In this document: positions 8,645 to 15,687 of the stretch, piece after piece
Layout of the letters: each line of letters begins with the position of its first letter
Position numbering within the stretch: the stretch's first letter is position 1
The notes under the pieces: model-generated
What the model was told of the DNA's origin: nothing
The model's database searches: none
Seen by the model: only the letters and a program-made list of their open reading frames with translations
Program-made: the position numbers and the translations under genes
DNA from: Pengzhenrongella frigida
Lineage (GTDB): Bacteria > Actinomycetota > Actinomycetes > Actinomycetales > Cellulomonadaceae
Assembly (NCBI RefSeq): GCF_004168625.1
Contig: NZ_SDWW01000001.1
Coordinates: forward strand, 101,501 to 133,500
Direction of reading: 5' to 3'
DNA length: 32,000 bases

Positions 8645-9976
8645 TCAGGCGTCGGCGGACGCCGCCGTCGCCGTGACGGCGTCGTCGCGCGTCCGGACCG
8701 CAAGGCCCGGGATCGCGCGACCGAAGGCCACGAGCCGGTACACCGTGTAGCCGGCGAGGCCGAGGCTGACGACCGCGAACAGCGCGACGACCACCGGGTT
8801 CGTCACGGGCCACGCGAACCAGATCGTCGCGAACAGGTAGCCGAGCCCGAGCCAGAAGCAGGACCCGATCAGCCGGAATGTCGGCGTCCAGCCCATGATG
8901 TACGCCTTCATGAGCACGTCGGTGAGCCAGCTGCCGCGCACGGGTAGCAGCGACATCGCCTTCGACGTGATCGTCAGGGGCCCGATGGCCTCGGTGGAGC
9001 GCGACGTCCCCGAGAGCGCCTCACCGGCGTAGCTCGGGCGCAGCGACCGGGCGAAGTACACGAACGACAGCGCAGCGAGCGGCCAGGCGGTGAGGGCGAA
9101 CATCCCGACGATCCAGCCGAAGAGCAGCGCGAGCGGCGGGCCGAGCAGGACGACGACCAGGATGAGCTTGAGCGGGTTCGCCTGGAGGTCCACGATGCCG
9201 GCGGCGGCCGAGAGCGGCGTGTCCGCCAGCCCGATCGGATGGCGGTCGGAGAGGGCGATGGGCAGCGCGGCGGCCATCGCCAGGATGATGAGCCAGAGCG
9301 CGACCCAGATCGTGCCCATGGCGAAGTAGCCGAAGGGCCGCAGGATCAGCCGCGACACCGGCAGGCGCTCCCCGGGCTGCAGCGTGCGGGCTGGCCCGCG
9401 CACCGCGCTGATGACCGATCCCCAGCCGACACCCGCCAGGATCGCGCAGACGCCGATGAGGATGCCGTACATCGCGCCGCCGGCGACGGTGTCGTCCACC
9501 TCGTAGTTGCGGTACGCCACCCCGGTCGACCAGAGCACCGCGAGGGTGACGAGCGCGGCCGTGAAGACGGCCCCGGCGAGGCCGAACATGAGCAGGGTGG
9601 AGTGGTGCCGGACGCGGGCACGGAAGGCCGCCCGGCTGGCGCCACCGATCGGCAGGTTGGACAGCAGGCCGATGCCCCCGACGAGGATCGCGAACACGCC
9701 GGCAGCCAGCGGGACCACCGACCCCGCGCTCCACGCCCCCGGACCCGCCAGGACCCAGCCGGCGCGATCGGCCCCGCCGCCGAGTCGACCGGGCATCGGT
9801 GAGCCCTGCGCACCGAGCCAGACCAGATACAGCCCGACGACGACGGCGGCGCCGCGCAACGCGAGCCCGAAGGGCGGCATCGGCCCCTCGTTCGGCGCCT
9901 TCTCCCGCGACCCGCGCGACGCGGTATCGCCCGGCGGGACGTCCTGGTCCGGCCGTGCGCGGTGATCGGTTGCCAT
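8645..9976 (-). CDS. Polytopic integral membrane protein of unknown function (443 aa, about 10 TM)
   Basis: This is ORF 8645..10051, trimmed to MATDHRARPDQD... with an AGGAG upstream of the ATG at 9976. GC3 is high and there are many hydrophobic helices. I recognise no family signature. Confidence 0.7.
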   Translation of the reverse strand: MATDHRARPDQDVPPGDTASRGSREKAPNEGPMPPFGLALRGAAVVVGLYLVWLGAQGSPMPGRLGGGADRAGWVLAGPGAWSAGSVVPLAAGVFAILVGGIGLLSNLPIGGASRAAFRARVRHHSTLLMFGLAGAVFTAALVTLAVLWSTGVAYRNYEVDDTVAGGAMYGILIGVCAILAGVGWGSVISAVRGPARTLQPGERLPVSRLILRPFGYFAMGTIWVALWLIILAMAAALPIALSDRHPIGLADTPLSAAAGIVDLQANPLKLILVVVLLGPPLALLFGWIVGMFALTAWPLAALSFVYFARSLRPSYAGEALSGTSRSTEAIGPLTITSKAMSLLPVRGSWLTDVLMKAYIMGWTPTFRLIGSCFWLGLGYLFATIWFAWPVTNPVVVALFAVVSLGLAGYTVYRLVAFGRAIPGLAVRTRDDAVTATAASADA

Positions 9977-10216
9977 GGTGACTCCTGGTGCGGGAAGGGT
10001 TCGCGACGGCTCGCGCGCAGCGAACACGCACCTCAGACCGCTAGGGCGCACAAAGGTTAACCGACCGATCCGCCAGCGGCGGCCCGTCTGGTTGGCGCGG
10101 CGGACGCGGGAACAGCGGCGTGACGAGCCGGTCTTCGTCGAGCCGGTCCAGCCGCGCGGGTTCCGTCTCGCGATCGCTAGGCTCGCCCCAGGTCCACTCT
10201 CCCAAGGAGGTCCGGC

Positions 10217-10267
10217 ATGCCGCTGACCTGCATGCCGTCGACCTGGCCCCGGCGGAGGACCGCGTGA
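10217..10267 (+). CDS. Candidate 16-codon leader ORF (MPLTCMPSTWPRRRTA) coupled to the CDF gene
   Basis: AAGGAGG (10204-10210) lies 6 nt before the ATG at 10217. Its TGA stop (10265-10267) overlaps the GTG start at 10264 as GTGA. Confidence 0.3.
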   Translation: MPLTCMPSTWPRRRTA

Positions 10268-11214
10268 GCGGCGGTGCGCCCTCCGGTGCGCCCTCTGCGG
10301 CGGGCCCCGCCGTCGGGAACGGACCGCCGGGAGAGCAGCGGGCCCTCATCGAGTCGATCGTCGGCGCGGGCGTCCTCGGCCTCCTCGCGCTCGGCTGGGG
10401 CGTCGTGGCGCAGTCGCGCGTCCTTCTCTTCGACGGCGTGTTCGTCCTGCTCGGCATCGTGCTGTCAGCCCTGTCACTGATGGCGGCACGCGCGGCGGGC
10501 TCCGCTCCCACCGCACGGTTTCCCTTCGGCAAGCGGGCCGTGACACCGCTCGCGATCGCCATCCAGGGCGCAGCGCTGCTCGGCACGCTCGTCTACGCGG
10601 CCGCTGACGCGGTCGCCATCGTGATCGCCGGCGGGTCAGACGTCGCCGCGACCACCGTGGTGATCTACGGGCTGATCTCGATGGTGAGCTCGTACGGGTT
10701 GAGCCGTTGGCTGTCTCGCCGGGCACCGAGATCCGAGCTCGTGACGGCCGAGGTGGTGCAGTGGCGGGCCGGCGCTCTGCTGAGCCTCATGTACGCGGTG
10801 GGCGCGGGACTCGCGCTCGCCCTCGGCCTATGGGTCCCGGAGGAAGCCCTGCGCTACCTCGACCCCGGCCTGGTCCTGCTGGCGAGCGCTCTCCTCGCGC
10901 CGATACCGCTGCGCCTGCTGCGGGCGGCGGGGCTCGAGCTCTTGGAAGCGGCACCCCCGGCCGAGGTGACGGCTGCGCTCGGCGCCGCTATCGCCGCCGT
11001 GAGCGCGGAGTTCGGTCTCGATGCCCCGTTCGTCCGCGCAACGAAGCTCGGCGAACGGCTCTACGTCGAGGTGGACTTCGTCGTGCCCGCGGGGGTGTGG
11101 GACGTCTCCGGAGAGGATCGTGTGCGGCGGGGTCTCATCAGCCGGCTCGAGCCGCTCGGCTACGAGCTGTGGGCCAACGTCGAGCTCACCACCGATCCCG
11201 CGCTGGCCACCTAG
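10264..11214 (+). CDS. Cation diffusion facilitator (CDF)-like transporter
   Basis: This is ORF 10120..11214, trimmed to the GTG at 10264, which has its own GGAGGA (10254-10259). CDF hallmarks are present: six N-terminal TM helices, FPFGKRAVTPLAIAIQGAAL, and a C-terminal alpha/beta domain (ATKLGERLYVEVDFVVP). Confidence 0.75.
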   Translation: MSGGAPSGAPSAAGPAVGNGPPGEQRALIESIVGAGVLGLLALGWGVVAQSRVLLFDGVFVLLGIVLSALSLMAARAAGSAPTARFPFGKRAVTPLAIAIQGAALLGTLVYAAADAVAIVIAGGSDVAATTVVIYGLISMVSSYGLSRWLSRRAPRSELVTAEVVQWRAGALLSLMYAVGAGLALALGLWVPEEALRYLDPGLVLLASALLAPIPLRLLRAAGLELLEAAPPAEVTAALGAAIAAVSAEFGLDAPFVRATKLGERLYVEVDFVVPAGVWDVSGEDRVRRGLISRLEPLGYELWANVELTTDPALAT

Positions 11215-11263
11215 GGCGCTCGCAGGCTCACCGGCCGATCCGGCAGGTGGCACATCGGCAGCC

Positions 11264-11626
11264 CTACGGGTGCGCCGGCTCCGGGGGAACCCGTGCCGGG
11301 TAGTTCGCTACGAGGTCGGTGTCGGCACCGATGACCCCGAAGGCCGCCGCGCCGCCGGGAGCGCCCAGCGGTTCGCTGCGCCCGGGCAGCGGCTCGTCGA
11401 AGAAGAGCGCGTTGTCGGCCAGGAACGGGCCGAACGCGCTCGGCAGGTCGTCCTCGTAGAAGATGGCCTCCACCGGGCAGACGGGTTCGCACGCACCGCA
11501 GTCGATGCACTCCGTCGGGTTGATGTACAGCGATCGTTCGCCCTCATAGATGCAGTCGACCGGGCACTCCTCGACGCAGGCTCGGTCCAGCACGTCGATG
11601 CACGGCGCGCCGATCACGTAGGTCAT
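11264..11626 (-). CDS. fdxA: 7Fe ([3Fe-4S][4Fe-4S]) ferredoxin, FdxA-type
   Basis: [62 protein letters not shown] shows the classic actinobacterial FdxA cysteine pattern. Confidence 0.9.
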   Translation of the reverse strand: MTYVIGAPCIDVLDRACVEECPVDCIYEGERSLYINPTECIDCGACEPVCPVEAIFYEDDLPSAFGPFLADNALFFDEPLPGRSEPLGAPGGAAAFGVIGADTDLVANYPARVPPEPAHP

Positions 11627-11748
11627 CGCACTCCTCCAGCTGCCTCCGGTGCGCGACAGGGTGAGGTCCAGCGCCCTTCGCGGGGACGGCGGCGCGCCTC
11701 AACCGAAGAAGGGCAGGGGCCCGTCGAGGCGACGCCGCCGCGATCAGT

Positions 11749-11770
11749 TTATACGACTTTTCTCGTATTA
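11749..11770. promoter_or_regulatory. AT-rich inverted repeat TTATACGA-cttttc-TCGTATTA
   Basis: The arms match at 7 of 8 bp. It lies directly after the nirK stop (11773-11775) and about 125 nt upstream of the fdxA start. Its AT content is conspicuous in this GC-rich DNA. Confidence 0.3.
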
Positions 11771-11772
11771 AC

Positions 11773-14442
11773 TCAGTCGGTCACGGCGAGGATGCCGTGG
11801 GCGCCGCGCTCGGCGTCGACCATGCGGTGCGAGACGAACGGGTAGTGGCCGGCCTCGGGCATCACGAGCTCGACGAACCCGCCCTGCGCGGGCTGCAGCC
11901 CGAGGACCTGCGCCCCGCCGGTCTCTCCTGCCCCGGCGCGCGGGCCGCCGAGCTGGTAGGCACCCTCCAGGAAGACCGTGTCGAACTGACCGCCCACGAC
12001 ATGGAAGGCCGAGGACCGGTTGGGCCCGGCGTCGAGCACCCAGATCCGGACCCGCTCCCCCACCCGCGCGGTCAGGGGCCGGCGGTCGTACTGGTTCGGG
12101 TACCCGTTGAACGCCACCGCGTCCGGCGACTCGGCGGCGATCAGGGCGGGGTCGGCGATGTCACCCTGCGGCCCGAAGTACTGCTCGGACTGCACCAGGA
12201 CGTACTCCCGGTCCACCGCCGGCAGGTCGGGCGGGTCGATGATGACCGCCCCGAACATCCCGTTCGCGATGTGCAGGGACATCGGCATGGTGGCGCAGTG
12301 GTACATCCAGATCCCCGAGCGGGTCGCGGTGAACCGATAGGTCAGCTCCTCCCCCGGTTCGATCGTGCGCATCGGCCCGTCGGGGGCGAGCGCACCGGCG
12401 TGGAAGTCGATCGAGTGCCCGATGCTGCCGTCGTTGACGAGCGTGATCTCGAACATGTCCCCGACCCGTCCGCGCAGCACCGGCCCCGGCGCGGTGCCAC
12501 CGAACGTCCAGATCGTCTGACGGACCCCCGGCGCGACCTCGGTCTCGACCTCCTCGACCACCAACCGCTCGCGGTGCACGGTCGGCTCCGCCGCGGGGGC
12601 GAGCACCGCGTCCCGCAGGGCGGCGTCCGGGCCGGGTTCGGCCTGCAGGTCCAGGTCGTCACCCGCAGAGTCAGCACTCGCCGCATCACCTGCATCACCG
12701 GCGTGGCCCGCATCGTGCTCGCTCGCGGTCGACCCGTCGGCGCTGCCGCCGAGGACCACCACGTCGAAGACCATCCCCATCTGCCGGTGCCCGGCGATGG
12801 AGCACCACCCGGCCAGGTCGCGGCCGACGACGCCGACCTCGACCCGTGTGGTCGCGTGCGGCGCGAGTCGGCCCGAGCCGCCGCCGGAGTCCAGGACGAG
12901 ATCGTGCACGCTGGCGTCGGTGTTGGTCACCACGAGCACAAGCTCGTCGCCGGCCTGGACCTGGACCGAGGACGGGACGAAGCGCATGTCCCGGGCCTCG
13001 ACCGCGATCTCGACCACCGTGCCGGACGGCTGGACCCCGTCGGCCGCTGCGGCCCCCAGACCGACGCTCGCCGGGTCGGCCGCGATCCCCGCCACCACCA
13101 CCAGGGCGAGGGCCGCCCCGGCCGCGATCGACTGGCCCCGACGCCCCCGACGCCGCCCCACCTGTTCGGCGGGCACGGCGGCCGGCCCACCGGGCGGCCC
13201 GACGACGGGCATCGGCCCCGCCGGCCGCGGCCGGCGGGAGACCACGGCCACCCGCACGAGCAGCACCGGGGTCCAGATCAGGGCGCCGAGCACGAGCATG
13301 GACGCCCCGACGCGCAGCAGGCTGGGGCCCGGGAGCAGGCACAGCGCCAGGCCACCGTTGACCAGGACGAGCCGCGCGGGACCGCCCCGGTCGGCGATCG
13401 CATTCGTGGCCCGGACCACCGCGGGGCCGCCGCCCAAGATCATCGGCACGAGATAGCTGAGCGACCCGAGCAGCACCTGCGCCGCAAAGCCGACCGCGAG
13501 CGGAGCGAGCAGCGCCCCGACCCGGACCTCGGCAGCCGGCCAGCTCGCCGCGGTGGCCAGCATGACCGTCCACGAGAGCACGGATCCGCACAGCCACACC
13601 CACGCGGCGGCCACGGACCAGGTCGCGAACGACGACGGCGCGCGGCGCCGGGCCTCGCCGACCAGCGGCGCAGCCGTACGGGCCAGCCCCGACGCATAGA
13701 GGCCCACGCCCGCCGCAGCGAGCCCGAGCATGCCGGTCGCGGCGCCGGTCACGACCACGGCCAGCCCCGATCCCAGGGCGACCAGGCCCTGTCGGGCGGC
13801 CCGCTCGGCACCGGGTTCCACCCGCACGCGGAGCATCGTGGGCCACAGCGTGACGAGGGTGCCCATGACGGTCAGCCCGATCCAGCCGAGCAGCATGGTC
13901 GCCAGGTGCGCGACGTACAGGCGCGCGTGCGCCGAGCCGTCGGATCGGGCAAGGAGGACGCCGAGGGCGATCCCGACCGGCAAGGTCAGCGCGGCCGCCA
14001 CGAAGTACGACGTCGTCCAGCCGAGGGAGGAGGCCAGCGCGCGGCGGCCCTGGTCCCAGAGCACGACGGCGTGCCAGCCCACCACCAGGGCGACCAGCAC
14101 CGACCCGATCACCACCACGGTCGACCTGCCGGTGGACATCCCGACGATCGTCGTCACCGCGCCGACCGTGTGTGCCGCGAGGCGGATGGCCTGATCGCGA
14201 TGGCCACCGCGCAGCGGCCGGCGCCGCACCGCCTCGGCGAAGTGGGCGCTCCAGATGAGGATCGCGGCGCTGACCGCACCCAGGAGCAGCAGGTGAACCA
14301 TGAGCCACCGCGCGTCGGGCACCCCGCGGTGCCCGATCGCGACAGCAGCACCCGCGACCAGCCAGCCGAGCACGATGGCGTTCACCCGGAGGTGCCAGCG
14401 GGATCTCACGCGACCACCTCGGCGCCCGACGGCTCGGTGCAT
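11773..14442 (-). CDS. nirK: Copper-containing nitrite reductase (NirK) fused to an N-terminal polytopic membrane domain and a cupredoxin domain
   Basis: This is a single 889-aa ORF. Residues 1-455 contain about 12 hydrophobic helices. Residues 473-563 are a cupredoxin with H513, C547, H552 and M557. Residues 620-889 are the NirK core: GHSIDFH, YHCATMPMSLHIANGM, AFHVVGG and VSHRM. Confidence 0.9.
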   Translation of the reverse strand: MHRAVGRRGGRVRSRWHLRVNAIVLGWLVAGAAVAIGHRGVPDARWLMVHLLLLGAVSAAILIWSAHFAEAVRRRPLRGGHRDQAIRLAAHTVGAVTTIVGMSTGRSTVVVIGSVLVALVVGWHAVVLWDQGRRALASSLGWTTSYFVAAALTLPVGIALGVLLARSDGSAHARLYVAHLATMLLGWIGLTVMGTLVTLWPTMLRVRVEPGAERAARQGLVALGSGLAVVVTGAATGMLGLAAAGVGLYASGLARTAAPLVGEARRRAPSSFATWSVAAAWVWLCGSVLSWTVMLATAASWPAAEVRVGALLAPLAVGFAAQVLLGSLSYLVPMILGGGPAVVRATNAIADRGGPARLVLVNGGLALCLLPGPSLLRVGASMLVLGALIWTPVLLVRVAVVSRRPRPAGPMPVVGPPGGPAAVPAEQVGRRRGRRGQSIAAGAALALVVVAGIAADPASVGLGAAAADGVQPSGTVVEIAVEARDMRFVPSSVQVQAGDELVLVVTNTDASVHDLVLDSGGGSGRLAPHATTRVEVGVVGRDLAGWCSIAGHRQMGMVFDVVVLGGSADGSTASEHDAGHAGDAGDAASADSAGDDLDLQAEPGPDAALRDAVLAPAAEPTVHRERLVVEEVETEVAPGVRQTIWTFGGTAPGPVLRGRVGDMFEITLVNDGSIGHSIDFHAGALAPDGPMRTIEPGEELTYRFTATRSGIWMYHCATMPMSLHIANGMFGAVIIDPPDLPAVDREYVLVQSEQYFGPQGDIADPALIAAESPDAVAFNGYPNQYDRRPLTARVGERVRIWVLDAGPNRSSAFHVVGGQFDTVFLEGAYQLGGPRAGAGETGGAQVLGLQPAQGGFVELVMPEAGHYPFVSHRMVDAERGAHGILAVTD

Positions 14443-14481
14443 GCCGAGCCGCGCGGGCCCCTGCTGGTCACGTCCGGCGGG

Positions 14482-14844
14482 TCAGGCTGCGGTGCGGCGC
14501 GTGAAGCTGAGCCGCCAGGCCTCCGGGCCGCGCTCGAGGTAGCTGACCGTGAACTCGTCCGGCCAGCGCTGCTCGATCTGCGCGAGGAGCGGGAGCGGGT
14601 CGTGCGGGGCGACCAGGATCAGGCCGGCGCCGGGTGCGATCGAGTCGAGCGCCCCGAAGATGGTGGCGTGCCGGATCGCGTGCGGAACCGTGCGCGCATC
14701 CAGCTCCGGGTACTGCGGGCCGTCCACCTCGCCGCAGGTGCAGCTCCCGCCGCACCCGGCCTCCGCGGTGCCGTCGGCGAGGGCTTCGGCCTCGTTCGCG
14801 GCGATGGCCTCGGCCTCGTTCGAGGCGATGACGACGTCCTTCAT
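14482..14844 (-). CDS. DUF2249 domain protein
   Basis: This is the C-terminal 120 aa of ORF 14482..15699, starting at MKDVVIASNEAEA with a GGAGGA Shine-Dalgarno. It carries LDARTVPHAIRHATIFGALDSIAPGAGLILVAPHDPLPLLAQIEQRWPDEFTVSYLERGPEAWRLSF, the DUF2249 pattern. The N-terminus has CGGSCTC. It ends 39 nt upstream of nirK. Confidence 0.8.
   Translation of the reverse strand: MKDVVIASNEAEAIAANEAEALADGTAEAGCGGSCTCGEVDGPQYPELDARTVPHAIRHATIFGALDSIAPGAGLILVAPHDPLPLLAQIEQRWPDEFTVSYLERGPEAWRLSFTRRTAA
14782..14829 (-). repeat. In-frame 24-bp tandem duplication (22 of 24 identical) in the DUF2249 gene
   Basis: ggcttcggcctcgttcgcggcgat is followed directly by ggcctcggcctcgttcgaggcgat. These encode IASNEAEA and IAANEAEA. 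Confidence 0.85.
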
Positions 14845-14976
14845 GGTGATCCTCCAGCTCAGCGGCGCGACCGGCCACACGGGTGCGGCCGCGGAGACTG
14901 GCGACCTCCACCGGATATTACTACAATCAACTCCGTGGAAAATAACCCGTGGTCGCGAACCCCGGCGAGCACCGGC

Positions 14977-15687
14977 ATGGGGCCTCGCCCGGCGGTCGCC
15001 ATCGCTGCTTCCGGGTCGACCCCGTCGCTGTCGACCTCGCGTCGCGCGCTGCTGGCGACCCTGCGCTCGCAACCCGGACCCGTCACCCTCACCGCCCTGG
15101 GCGCAGCCACCGGGCTGCACGTCAACACCGTGCGCGAGCACCTGGCCGCCCTCACCGACGCGGGTCTGGTGACGCGCGGCCGCGCCGCGCCGCACGGCCG
15201 GGGGCGTCCGGCTGCGACCTACACGGCGTCGACCGACCCGGCGACGGGGTCCGAGCCGGCCCCCGTCAGCGCGGAGTACGCCGGGCTCGCGGCCGCGCTC
15301 GCCTCCACGATCCACCGCACGAGCAGCTCCCCCAGCCACGACGCCACCGTCGCGGGCACCGAGTGGGGCCGGGAGCTCGCCCGCAACCGGCCAGGCCCTC
15401 CCCCCGCCGACGACGTCGATCCGCGCGGCCGGGTCGTGCAGCTCCTCGCCGACCTCGGCTTCGCCCCGCGGCCCGCCGACGGGCCGCCCGCCGTGCTGCT
15501 CACCCGCTGCCCGCTGCTGGAGACCGCGCACGCCTACCCCGACGTGGTCTGCGCCGTGCACCTCGGCATCGTGCGCGGCGCGCTCGGCGAGTTCGGCGCC
15601 GACCCCGCGGGCGCCGAGCTGCACCCGTTCTCGGATCCCGGCGCCTGCCGGCTCGACCTGGCCCGCACCGACCGGGTCCCGCGATGA
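14977..15687 (+). CDS. Winged-HTH (ArsR/SufR-like) transcriptional regulator with a C-terminal Cys3His motif, paralog 1
   Basis: This is the last 236 aa of ORF 11797..15687, from the ATG at 14977. The HTH reads LTALGAATGLHVNTVREHLAALTDAGLV...GRGRPAATY. The C-terminus has C178-x13-C192-x2-H195-x28-C224. It is divergent from the DUF2249-nirK pair. Confidence 0.75.
   Translation: MGPRPAVAIAASGSTPSLSTSRRALLATLRSQPGPVTLTALGAATGLHVNTVREHLAALTDAGLVTRGRAAPHGRGRPAATYTASTDPATGSEPAPVSAEYAGLAAALASTIHRTSSSPSHDATVAGTEWGRELARNRPGPPPADDVDPRGRVVQLLADLGFAPRPADGPPAVLLTRCPLLETAHAYPDVVCAVHLGIVRGALGEFGADPAGAELHPFSDPGACRLDLARTDRVPR

Noticed and set aside
9977-10263. A possible metal riboswitch (NiCo/czcD-type or Mn yybP-type) in the long leader upstream of the CDF gene.
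   Set aside because: I could not recognise the conserved cores or a convincing multi-stem architecture by eye. A covariance-model search (Rfam) would be needed. It is not reported as a feature.
11753-11762. A shared 10-mer, ACGACTTTTC, appears in the nirK-fdxA spacer and in the norB proximal palindrome (21258-21267).
   Set aside because: It sits in different registers relative to the two palindromes. Repeated 10-mers are expected by chance in 32 kb counted on both strands.
11797-15687. A 1296-aa plus-strand ORF covers the nirK and DUF2249 region.
   Set aside because: Only its last 236 codons (from the ATG at 14977) form a sensible wHTH protein. The rest is antisense to nirK and DUF2249 and is low in complexity.
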